Source: Torpedo marmorata (Eukaryota). Taken from it: DNA of 64,000 nt. The position numbers and the translations under genes were made by a program. The stretch covers positions 170,562,001-170,626,000 of the forward strand of contig OZ360225.1 of NCBI GenBank assembly GCA_977017645.1, in the 5' to 3' direction. This document shows, one piece after another, positions 35,756 through 47,800 of the stretch (position 1 is its first letter; the number at the start of each line of letters is the position of its first letter). Below the pieces are notes generated by a model. It searched no databases. It was given only the letters and a program-made list of their open reading frames with translations, and was not told the origin of the DNA.

Positions 35756-38700
35756 GTCAAGTAGAAAAGATTTGAAACCTCTTCCTCTGCATCAGGCATT
35801 AGCTCTGAATTTATACTCAGTCCTATGAGCATAATGTGCATATACTATATTGAACCTTTTGATTCTACCCAACTCCCTCTCCTTTGGCAGCAACTCAGGA
35901 TGGAGGACTCACCTCCTCTCCTATTCTGTGGATTCTGGCACAGGGGGGGGTTCGATGGGGCGGGTAGGTGGGTGGTTTGGGAGGTGCAGCATTCCTTCTG
36001 CCGAGGTTCAGTGCGTTCCCGTTACGCTGGCTCAAGGTTTTCAAGGCCAAATAGGTTATGGTTCAGTAATGCCAGGGAGCTGGTGGGATATTGCACTGTT
36101 TTGCTTTATAAACATCCTAACTATTTTATCAACCAAGCTAAAAGGGTAGCAAGTTATTTTTGAGAAATTGCCAGCAGTATAACAATTACAGTGAGCTTCC
36201 AAACAGTATCAGCATCTACCAACATTCAAATGGGTGAGTCTTAAGGATTGATCCATTTGTTTACCCAAATGCTACATCTGTAGATTAATTCTGAGTTCAG
36301 CCCTCTTCAAATCAAACGTCTGATTCTATAGGTATGGATAAGATGGCATGAACAAAATCATCTAATCTAATTTTGCTGTACGAGGAAGAGTTTGAATGTC
36401 TGCCATAGATCACTTAGCTTCTTATATGGAAACTATCCCCTCCCTCCTCCACTATAGTCCACAAACTGGTAGTCTTGCCTCATGCAGTTAGCAATTCTAA
36501 TGGCTATAAAATTTTTCGTAAATTTGAACATTTTCAGATTTATTTAATAACTTGCTGTTGAAAACGTCAGAGAGATAAAAATACAAGGCTCCTATAAAGG
36601 TTCAATAAACTTAATGAATCACCTAGCATCGTACCAAGTTGCCAATACCAGATTTTGGTCTGCACTGAGCAAGTTAGCCAAACTCAGCCAGGTTAGGGGT
36701 AAGGGTACTAAAATGGACCTCTAGCCATTCAATGTTCCTGTTCCTGATTACTTGACAGTGATCATTCTGGGAAGCTGCACTTCTGTTGAAAAGGTAATGA
36801 AAAGCATGATCATGTCTAAGATTCCCACAGAGCCACTTAGTTTGCTTATAATGATTGTTCTGGCTCAAAGATGTAAATTTACAACTCATGGGGCCGCAAT
36901 ATGTACAAAATCCTCCAAGCAGAGAGAAGTAAATTGGATGAAAAGAATATCTTAAGGTATAGTTATGGAACGGGAAGTGACAGCTTTATACATCAATGTG
37001 ATTCCCAGTCCTTTAGCAAACTGAAACCACAATTCTGCCTTAGGAATTGAGTTTGAGTCAAGGGAGCAGTCATAATTCTTACCCAATTTTAAGGGCAGTG
37101 GTTATTAGGTGTACGTTTCTGACAAAGATCTTGTATCAGTTCCATTTTCCAAGTAGGGAATGCTCTGCAGCATGTCAAGACCTAGTTTATCACTAGGAGC
37201 ATCTAGCAACAGACAGACTTGTCTTCTACACTTCCTGCTTCCGTTGCAAGCATTGTGGACTCAAGTTAAGGTGAGTGCTTTTAAGAGCAGAGTTTTTTTT
37301 AACCATTCACCTGCAGTTATTATAATCATCATTTCATTTCAAATCAGTCCAATAAAATTTAGTTTAATTGTCTTGATATTAAAACAAATAATTTAAATGT
37401 CCTCTGTCTCTAAGTCTGTAAGATCATGATCAAACATTTGATTATATACCAAATATTTCTCACACGTTCAATGGCATCCTGTGAGAGGACTTAAAAGTAT
37501 CACCAGTCTAAAGATGAAACTCGTAAAACAAAAATATTATCTTATGGTTGATGGAACACAGACAATAAACTAAATGGAGAGTACATGTTGTAGTGGAGAA
37601 GCACTGGCCTTTAGGTGTAATGGAATAGTCAGCAGTTCACTTTATTGCTTCTGTGCCCTTGAGAGACACACAAGAGATTGGATTTTCTTTCAATATTTTG
37701 CTTAAAGTTGGATAGTTTATCAGTGGAAACAGGTTTAAAATAAAAGAGGCAATGAGGTTTTTTTTCAATTTTCTGCCCTAAGTACAATGTTCCTTGACTA
37801 GGAAGGACAACAGTTACCTCTTCCTCGTCTACTGTGTGTGGATGTCAATGACAAGGCTCATCTAACTGCTGTTATCTCCAGCAACTATCTGGAGAATGCT
37901 GATGTCTCTCTTACACATCTCAGGTTCAGTTATATTAGATATTCCAGATTTGATTTTAACCCATACTGCTTAGTTGGAAGAATCAGATTTGATGCCAATT
38001 TTACACATAAATACATTTTAATTCCCATGAAAATTGATGAAGAATAAAGTTAGATTGTGTGTTAATTGGGCTTCCACTCTGAATTACATCCTTAAAGCCA
38101 GGTAGAACCATTGGCTCTATTCCAAAAATGTGCTAAATTTGACAAACTGTATTTAATTAAAACAGCATGATCTAACAGGCTACCTTCCTGGTTATGATGC
38201 AAGTTATTGTTTTTCTTTTACAGCTTCCTTAACTTTGTAGCCGTGCAAGCTGAATTTTCTTGCAGGGCTCACTGTGACAGGCAGTGCAATGTGAAAGGCA
38301 ATTACTGTGAAGACTGACTTCATCTCTGTGAAGAGCTTTTACTATTGAAGAACAGTAATCTTTCCAATAGCAACCAAGCTGAACATAATCCACAAATTGC
38401 AGAAATTCGTAACTTTAAAGTTGTCGAAGGGAAATTAGACCTTGTGTCCAATGCCATACCACCCAACTTGGAAAGGGTGGGAAAGAATTCTGAGCCTGCT
38501 GAAAGAAGCAATTCTGTCCTAGAAGATGGTGCAAGGTCCGTGCCAATAGCAAAGCTCAGAATTCAGTCTTCTCCAAAAGCATCAGAAGATCACTAGCCCT
38601 CGATAGTATTTCAGACGAGAGAAGTGTGTCACCCCCTGAATCTGATCAACCGTTCATGTAAAGAAATGTACAACTCTTTAAATCAATTTGGATAACAGGA

Positions 38701-38899
38701 AAGAGGGAAGAACACCCATAGAGACTGCTCAAACATATAAAAACTGAAATACATTGCAGATGAAAGAGCAGACTTCATGGCTGGAGATGCAAATCAAAAT
38801 AGACACTATAAAACCCAAGTCTTATGGAAGTAAAGATGTTGGAGTTGGGAGATGCCACTACACTCTATGAAAATAACATTCGTAAATAATGAAATAGGC

Positions 38900-39256
38900 C
38901 AATGGTTTTCAAACTGCCCCCCTAAGCTCACATTCCACCTTAAGCAAACCCTATGCCATAAGTTCTCTGTGATTAGTAAGGGATTGCTTAAGGTGATATG
39001 TGAGTGGAAAGAAAAAGTTTGAAAACCACTGTTTTAATCGTACCTAATTGACTCGTTATGTGCACGGTTTCATGCAATGACAATTTTTCTCAAGCAAAAT
39101 ATTTCAGTAACAATTGGGTCTAGAGCAGTGGTTCTCAACCTTCCCTTCCCACTCACATACCACCTTAAGCAATCCCTTACTAATCACAGAGCACTTATGG
39201 CTTAGGGATTGCTTAAGGTGGAATGTGAGTTTAGGGGGGCAGTTTGAAAACCACTG
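38900..39256. mobile_element. Composite hAT MITE (two inverted ~130-bp units plus spacer)
   Basis: Outer TIRs caatggttttcaaac / gtttgaaaaccactg, perfect 8-bp TSD aaataggc; second copy at 61358-61733. Confidence 0.9.
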
Positions 39257-39910
39257 AAATAGGCAAAGGGATTTGCATTTGAGCAAAAGGCCTGAACACT
39301 TTTCAGAGGTAGGCAGAGAAACTAAAAGAAGGAGCTTTATATTGTTGAAGGAAAAGTCTGAATTGCAGAGAAAGTAGATTAAAGGAACTTAAATTTGAAT
39401 AGGTTGAAGCAAATAAACCAAACTAAATAGCAGGTACTAAAGACTTTTGTTTATACAAAGCGAAGATTCAAATATCATCATAAACAGAGGTGGATGATGG
39501 AGAACAGACTCTAAAAGAACTAAAATAAATTGTTGAACATAATTCTGAAAAGAAAGATCATCAAATATTTAACTGACAAGACAGCAAAAATGAGTATTGA
39601 TGGCTCAGAGAAGTAGAATCAATTTCAACTAGACAGCCAGCTCCTTAACTCACAGCTTGAAAAGCCATAACACCACATTGCCTAGTCTTAAATGGATTAA
39701 ACAAAGGCAGTGAAAATCTTCTGAAAGAGAAGATAAAGGTGGACCAGAATCTATCAACATGGAACATGATGCTATTTCCATTTGACTGACCAAGCCAAAG
39801 ACACTGAGATGCGTGCCAACTCCATGGAGCCATTTAACCAATATTCAAAGAATGAGCTTTCAAAGTGAATATCTTGGAACAGAAATAGACCAATTCCAAT
39901 TTCATGATAT

Positions 39911-40303
39911 CAGAGGGTTGTTAACTCGGCCTGCGACATCACAGGCACCAGACTTCACTCCATCGAGGACATTTACACGAGGCGGTGTCTTAAAAAAGCA
40001 GCCTCTGTCCTCAAAGACCCCCACCATCCAGGCTATGCCCTCTTTACTCTGCTACCATCGGGAAAAGGTACAGGAGCCTAAAGTCGAGCACTCAACGGCA
40101 CAAGGTCAGCTTCTTCCCCTCCGCCATCAGATTCCTGAATAATCAATGAACCAAAGACACTGATATACTTTTCGTGCACTATTACTTATATATTTTGTAA
40201 TAGTAATGTCATAAGATGGTAATAATATGAATGTTTGCACTATGATGCTGCCGCAAAACACCAAATTTCATGACTTGTTCATGACAATAAATTCTGAATC
40301 TGA
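39911..40303 (+). mobile_element. Rex1/Babar LINE 3' fragment (same family as 11908-13150)
   Basis: Near-identical reverse complement of about 11908-12300; tail aataaattctgaatctga. Confidence 0.9.
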
Positions 40304-40856
40304 AAACCATGCTTGGTTGGACAATTAATGGACCATTAGAAAGAAATAATGATATTGCTCAGGAACAGTTAGCGATAAATGTTAACAGGATTTCTTTTGG
40401 TTGTGAAATTTGATGAGTTAAGGAAACAGCAAAAGACTGTAAATAAGAAAATGAGTCACTTTTGAAGAAAAGAAAACAGATCAATGTAAAAATAAATCGA
40501 AAACATTTTAAACAACATTGAAAGAATTATTTTCATCAGAAATGGATGAAAATAAAATATTAGAAGATGTTGCAAATCCAACTAGTGATTATTCCTGTGT
40601 AATTGATTCTGAGGCAGGACTAAAACAAATGAATGAGAACAAATTTGAAAGTAGCTTTTGTAGCTCAGAACTTACAGCAAACAAGATCAATAAAGAAATT
40701 TCACAACATGCTGCAAGACTGGCGAATTCATAAAATTGTGCTGATGGAATAAAGAAGAATGTGACTGATAATTTAATGCAACTGTATTCAGAGAAGAAAA
40801 TGTTGAAAAGGGAATTGGAAATATTGGATAATCATGAAAACAGTAACCAGAAAGAT

Positions 40857-41420
40857 TTAATTGTAAATAAAATTCGCAAAGCCAGAAAGCAGAAGAAAAG
40901 AATAACTGCTGAAGAAATAAATACAGTTATTGAGGAAAGAGATTCAGCATTATCAAAATGTAAAAGCTTGGAGGAAGAGATTCATCTTTTGAAAGAGAAC
41001 AAGCCATTGGTTAATAACACAAAACAGCTGACTATAGAAAACAATCAAGAATGTAACTTGAAGGCCCAGCTACCAACAATGCAGAAAGAAAGTGATATTG
41101 CATTGCAGCAATGTAACAAGCAAGGTGAAGAAATTCAAAAATTTCAAGTTTACCACAGCAGGGTTGACAACAGAGGTACCAATGTATCGTATGATATTTT
41201 CACTTCAGATCAAGTTATTAATTTCTCGGAAGATAATGAGAGAATTACTTTCTTATTGAAAGAATTGAATACAGAAAGAGAATCTAATAAAAGGCTTCAA
41301 AATAAATGGTCAGAAAATTAGACTGAATTGAAAGTTGCAAAATTGGATTTGGAATTGCAGGAAAAGGCAATAGAAACCAGAGTGGTTGAAAAGACTGCAG
41401 TTTTAGTTAAAGAAATTTGT
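40857..41420 (+). pseudogene. MIPOL1: Processed (intronless) MIPOL1-derived segment with permuted block order
   Basis: RITAEEINTVIEERDSALSKCKSLEEE..ENNQECNLKAQL..EEIQKFQVYHS matches recalled MIPOL1 RITAEEMSALIEERDAALSKCKRLEQE..ENNQERALKAKL..EEIQTLRVYYS. The following ITFLLKELN..LELQEKAIETRVVEKTAVLVKEI matches the more N-terminal IAFLLKELD..LELQEKETEAKIAEKTAALVEEV. One in-frame stop at 41319. Confidence 0.8.
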
Positions 41421-42059
41421 AGGAACCATTAGTGGAACCAGTCTGCTTCTTTACAGAAGGTTTCTACAAATGTGGTGGTTGTTGATGAGTTTGAATAAAT
41501 AATGTTGTTTGAATATTACCTTATTTATGATAAGCTGTGGAAGAGAAAGAAAAAGATGAGCAAATCTGTTGCAGAAAAGGTTAAAGAGACTCGTTTATTA
41601 AAATCGAGAGGATCAGATAAATCTTCAAAATCTGGTTATGAAAGTTCAAATTCTTTCTATAAGAAGTGGAATGCTGAAGAAAGGAAGAAAGTGAAACGAC
41701 ATGTTAAAGACGTACCTCATGTTAAATTCAAAAGGAAAACTGTGTCTATTTTGTCTGAGGAAGATTTGAGGTTTACTGGTCGACGTTTTAACTAAAAGAT
41801 TCTGGAGATAAAGGAACTTTGATAAGTACAAACTGACTTTATTTTGTTGTTTTTGCCTACTACACAGGTTACAGACTTTATTGATCCAGAGTGATGATAA
41901 AGATCATTCTTTTTCTAAGGCTATGTGCTGGTAAACTCTGGTCTTATGAAGAAAGAAGATTTGTATATTGTTTGAATGTTATATGTTTATTGTTATTTGT
42001 AATTAATTGTGTAATTATTATTTAAGACATTGCGTCTAATTATAATAATTATGGGCTGG

Positions 42060-42619
42060 TGTAAGAGCCAAAGGTTCATTTCTTACCTTCATGGCAGCGT
42101 TCCGATGATCCCGCGGGCGTCGGAGGCATCGTAGAGTTAGTGGGCCATGCTAGGCCTGATGGCTGCTCTGCGTGTGCGTGAGTGCTGCCGAGCGCATGCG
42201 CAGTGGGTAGGTTCGCGAGTGCCGGCAGGCACATGTGCGGTGAATAGGTGAATTGGAGTGTAGGCTGGAGCATGCGTGGTGGGGCAGCGCGCGAATCAGG
42301 AAAAAGTATTATAAAAACATGGCGACGTAGAGGAGGGTGAGTGAGATCGTCATAGTTTTCGTTGACCGTTATTAAGCCACGTTATTAAGCCACGTTATTA
42401 AAGACCATTATTAAGGAACGTTATCAAGGATCGTTCATATTTCGTTAAAGAATATATTTAAGTTATTGAAAATTGCTACAAGTCATCGTGTGTTAATAAA
42501 GCTTTTGAACCTATTGGATTTTGTAGTAAATTAATTAAAACGCGTCACGAACAAGTGTCTCACCTAGACTCCAAGCGACTATTTATTGGATCGAAGTCGG
42601 TACAGTCTGAGTTTCAACA
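42060..42619 (+). mobile_element. Solo LTR (Gypsy/ERV-type), about 560 bp
   Basis: TG...CA termini, near-TSD ctgg/cagg, TATA (42310), AATAAA (42495), CpG-rich against an AT-rich background. Confidence 0.7.
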
Positions 42620-42932
42620 CAGGATTTCTAAGATTGAACTTTGGGAATGACTTTCCAGAATTGTGCCTAAGCTGTAATGGTTTGGGTAATCCACACACAC
42701 AAATAGGTATATTTGCGCATAGTTGGGGTTAAGTTTATTTAAGTTGTTATATTATTAATAGTTATTAATAAATATATAGTTTTAAAAATAACACTGTCTT
42801 GGTGAATTTCTATTGCTGCTGGTCTGCGACGTAACATAGGTAAAAATTGGATTGATGTGGAGTAAGTTTAAATAGGTCGGCACAACATTGTGGGCTGAAG
42901 GGCCTGCACTGTGCTGTAATGTTTTGTGTTTT

Positions 42933-43412
42933 TTTAGACATACAGCACAGTAACAGTCCACAAGCCCATGCCACCCAATTACACCCAATTGACCTACAAC
43001 CCCGGTACGATTTTTGAACGAAGGGAGGAAACCAGAGCACCCAGAGGAAACCCACACAGACATAGGGGAATTTAGATTTAGACATACAGCACGGTAACAG
43101 GCCAATTCGGCCCTACGTGTCCGTGCCGCCCAATTTACACCCCATTAACTTACACCCCCGGTACGTTTTGAAGGGTGGGAGGAAACCGGAGCCCCTGGAG
43201 AAAACCCACGCAGTCACGGGGAGAACGTACAAATACCTTTCAGACAGCGTGGGATTCGAACCCAGGGTCCCAATCGCTGGCGCTGTAAAGGCATTGCGCT
43301 AACCGCTACGCCAACCGTGCCGCCCATGTACAAACTCCTTACAGACAGCGCTGGATTCAAACCCCTGATGCTGTAACGGCATTGCGCTAACCACTACGCT
43401 AACCGTGCCGCC
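42933..43412 (-). mobile_element. Nested HE1/V-type SINEs (full copy 43070-43325 inside a second copy)
   Basis: The 3' half (42933-43065) and 5' part (43326-43412) of one SINE flank a complete SINE. Confidence 0.8.
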
Positions 43413-44034
43413 CTTCCATGTGTTCTATGATGAAAACTACAGGTCTTTATTGGTCTTTGTCAAAGAAAAACCAAATTTAAAGCGATAAGTCGTACAGCAT
43501 AGAAACCGGCCCTTCATCCTGCACTAGGCCCATATCCCTCTATTCCTTTCCTTATCCTGTCCCTGTCCAAATGCTTTTGAATGCTGTGATTGTATCTGCT
43601 TCAACCACCAACCCTGGTAGCTCGTTCCGCATACCACTCTCAACTTGAACCTATGCCCTCGAGTTTTAGACTCACCTACCCATGGAAACAACTGAGATTC
43701 TTTACTCTATCTGTGCCCTTCATAGTTAATAAACTAAGTAAGGTCACATTAGGGATAGATTGGTGTAAAGCAGAATATCAGAACTGCATTGCTTTACTGC
43801 CCGTGAACATATTTTGGGGAAACTTTGTGAAGCTATTGCTCATTTTATATGAGACTTGAAAACAATAAGAAGACTGTAAGGGACTGAAGTGACTATGACA
43901 CACAGTACAAGATTGTTACATAATTTTGTTCTCCTTTTTTTCCCTTCAAATTATGTCTGTCAATAAATTGGCTTTGATGTCTGATGGAATTGTGTTTCTG
44001 TGCTTTGGGTGAGGCACAAAGACAAGTGCATGTC

Positions 44035-44331
44035 TGTGGTAAACCACTGTTGTACCACTGTGTATAAAATTGATATGCCTATCAATGACTTACTCAAGGC
44101 AAGAAGTACTGGAGATCAATAGGCTTTTATTAACAGAATTCAGGCCAGGGCTAAGCTACACTTAGACCTGTTGATACCTGCCAGACTGTCCCGGAACTGA
44201 GGGTGGAGTCAGTGGCTCAAGGCCTTTATTCCAGGGGAGAGGGGAAGGAGTCACCGGGACAGACAGACAGGACATGATCAGGCTTGCCCCAGCCCATAAT
44301 ATACACAGTGGTACAACAGTGGTTTACCACA
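44035..44331. mobile_element. 297-bp TG..CA element with 32-bp perfect TIRs and 5-bp TSD (solo LTR or Ginger-like MITE)
   Basis: tgtggtaaaccactgttgtaccactgtgtata at both ends in inverted orientation; TSD atgtc at 44030-44034 and 44332-44336. Confidence 0.85.
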
Positions 44332-44741
44332 ATGTCCTATTTCAAATCCTGTCAGACAGACACTTACCATAATAATGTTTATGAAATCCTGTGAATACTT
44401 TGCTATACATTACATGTTGCCTTAAAATCAAAGTAAAACAGTCACCATCATAAACACATTACAGATTGGTCAATTTCAATCACTAAATATAAACAATTCC
44501 TTGGATTCATTTCACTTGCCTCAGATGGCAGAGCCCATGTTCAAATTACTCATATGGAATTATTCAATAATTTTCTTAAATCTAAGTCCTTATCCACTTT
44601 TTCTTTTGACAGTATTAATACATTGTCTGCTGCAAATGAATGCAAGCTGAATGTTAAAATGCAGAGCAGAGCGTGGCAGTTCTGAATAGCTTACAGTCAG
44701 CACTGCTCAAAATTCAGGCCATTCTTCAACGACATGTTGCT

Positions 44742-44847
44742 TTACATTTGTGTGCTCTCCATGACACTTCCATTCTCTGCTGCAGTCTGATGGTGTGCAC
44801 TTTCTGCGTCACAGTTACCATTCACTTCCCTGGAGATGGAATAAAAC
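44742..44847 (-). CDS. Probable SLC22 terminal coding exon (RFYSISREVNGNCDAESAHHQTAAENGSVMESTQM*)
   Basis: Acceptor caaag|G is in the correct phase. The exon ends in STQM*, resembling the ST-x-hydrophobic PDZ ligands of apical SLC22 transporters. Confidence 0.6.
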
Positions 44848-47800
44848 CTTTGAGCAACTTTGCACCAAAGCAATGAACAGATTAAAAGGAACTGAACAGT
44901 TTTGCATTCTACCCACACTGCTAAGTTGAAGCTCATACACAAAAGTGCTGGAGAAACTCAGCAGGTCCCGCCGCATCCATAGGAGACAAAGATATATAAC
45001 CAAGGTTTTGGGCCTGAGCCCTTCGCCAAGCACAGGCCCGAACGTTGGACACTGTGGGGCCTGCTGAGTTTCTCCAGCACTTTTGCCTAGTAACTACAAG
45101 GTTTCCCCTTGCTTCCTTCTTGCTCTCTTCCTTTGTCTGGCACCTGCCAATCAACTGCCTCTATCTGTCATCCTTCAACCCTCCCTGGTTCACCAATCTC
45201 CACTATGCCCTATCCAATCCCTCCCATCTTGTCCTCATTAAACTAACCACCTCTCCTCTGGACTCTCAGTCCTGATGAAGGGTTCCAGTCTGAAACACTA
45301 ACCATCCTACCTCTGATGCTGCTCGACCCGCTGAGTTCCTCCAGCAGATTGGTGAGCCATTTGAGACACAACAGATTGCAGTGCAGAAGTACTTATCATT
45401 TTACACAGAATTTTTGAGATATCCCAAGACCAGCAATGATAGTAGACAAGTGTAAATTAATTGTTTTCTTCTTTTTTACTGACACTAAATGCCAGGAAGG
45501 AATACTAAACAGTGACTAAAATGATGCCAAGTTTATAGCCTAAATAAAACAGTACTAACCTTTTAACATTTCCATCTTGTCCAGCGTATTCTGGTAATTC
45601 CTCATTGGCAGTTTCCGGCAGCAGGAGAGTCAGAGCACTGGCGATTATTGACATGATTCCATACAAAACCAAGGAGATACCGGGATAGACCGGTTCCAAT
45701 ATTATGATCATGGGAACAATGATACCACCTAGCCGAGCAATCATGGACACCAAACCAATGGCACTCTGCCTGCATCATCAAAAGAAAGAGCTATAATTCA
45801 CTATAATCCATTCCTCATGTACCATTCATTTCTGTGGCTTACAGTCATTTATGAATGATTTCCATCACGATAGTTGTCAATTACAATATGGCCATGCAAC
45901 ATACTAAAATGCAGCAGCTAATCCAAATAATTTTTATTCTCTTCATCTCTTGGTAAAGATGTCCAGTTAACAAATTGCTTACTCTTCTACACCTATTGCT
46001 TCTTGGCTCTGATCATTGATGCCATGGGTTAGAAGGAACAAATGAACTGGGAAAATAGGTTTCCTGCAAAATTTCTTGACATTTCACAGTGACAATGCCG
46101 ATCAGGAAAAGTGGGGAGAAATAAGGCAATTGAAACAAACTATTTGCTCACTTATGGGCCAATACTACTGATAAGGGTCTCAGTACAAAAGAAAGGATGT
46201 AATAAATAGAAGGAGTAAATCATATAGGGTTTCAGGTTTTGTTATTTGTTATTCATTATGGTCTAACAAGCTTCTATCTCAAATCTACCTTCCTGCACAA
46301 TTCTTTTATCCCTTGAGTTGCCCATCGATAATCGGGCACAATGACACAAAATGCCATTTAATAGTATACTGATGAGGAAGTGCCAGAACTTCAGACAATG
46401 AAAGTCTAGGGAATAGTCAGGTCAGACATGCCACCATCTTATTTTGCATTTTTACACATCTTTATTGGATGCGAGTGCTTCTGACATTTCTTACCTCCCT
46501 CCATTTGCCAAGAAAAAGTGGCAATGGAACTCAATTGTTCAGTCAACTCCTTTATTAGAACAGTAAGCCATTTTGCAATGGGTGTGGGTTCATGTTTAGC
46601 ACAGAGCACTTCATGTGAAAGAAGGTAGATTTGTTTCCTCTTCTCATTTGTGAGCACGGTGGGATTTTAAAGGTTTTGTAGTCACTTTTGCTGATAATTG
46701 CTTTTTACATCATGACTTGAAACTGAATTCAAATACAAATTGCCACGGCAGGATGTGAACTCAACTTCATCTTTGATCTTGGATTATAGGTAATACATGT
46801 GATATATGTTATTGGGGTAAATTACAGCAAACTGCTCGCCACATTTTCTGTATGCATGCCTGATCTGGTTATGCTTGGTGAACAAGGTGCAGAAGTTATT
46901 TAAAACATTCCAGCAAAAAAAAAGTGAGATTTCACACAGATCATTGTGTGATATCTTTTCTAATCTATCATACCTGATTACAGTTGGGAACAACTCAGTA
47001 GAATAAACATAAGTTACTGTGAAGGAGCATGAGAATGATAATTTTGCAAGGACAGCAAGCACAGTGACTTCAATAGACATTCCTGAAACATAAAGAACAG
47101 ATATCAGGCCTTGGCAGACCTTGGTCTCTGAAGAGCACATTTTAACTACTTCGTCAATTTTTGTGTTGTTTTTTTTTAGACATACAGCACGGTAACAGGC
47201 CATTTCGGCCCACAAGTCCGTGCCACCCAATTAACCTACACCCCCGGTACGTTTTGAAGGGTGGGAGGAAACCAGAGCTCCCGAGGGAAACCCACACAGA
47301 CACGGGGAGAACATACAAACTCCTTACAGACAGCGTGGGATTCGATCCCCGGTCCCGATCGCTGGCGCTGTAAAGGCATTGTGCTAACCGCTACGCCAAC
47401 CGTGTTCTTGGCATGTTCCTGATTTCTCATTTACAATCATTGTGCCTGAGACTTCTGGGTCACCAAAACAAAACTGATTCTTTACACTCAAAGGTTAAAC
47501 TGTGAAATTAAATGAAGGGAGAGTTATTGTTCTGAATGATAATCTCATCCATCCTGACACATACTTGTTGCCACTTGCCCGTCATTTTACTCCAGCTCCT
47601 TCAGTTATCCAATATTAATCTCGCTCCCATTTGTATGCAGTGTGCAAAATGCTCGTGCTTATATTATTCTCTCTATGGAGCTCAGTAACAGTCTTTCTTG
47701 TAAGCATCTCTATTGATTAGAGATAATACTGTTTTAGATTTTTGTGCATGGGTGCATTATTTAATTATAAATGCACTAGCTAACAATTAATAGTCATATT

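Larger units (their letters stand above)
38224..41795 (+). pseudogene. Decayed large single-exon coiled-coil coding region hosting the MIPOL1 segment
   Basis: Purine-rich, E/K/N/Q/L-rich reading frames follow a strong acceptor (tttctttta cag, 38223). One frame runs 40518-41795 with only 4 internal stops. The region is interrupted by a hAT MITE and a Rex1 fragment. Confidence 0.5.
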
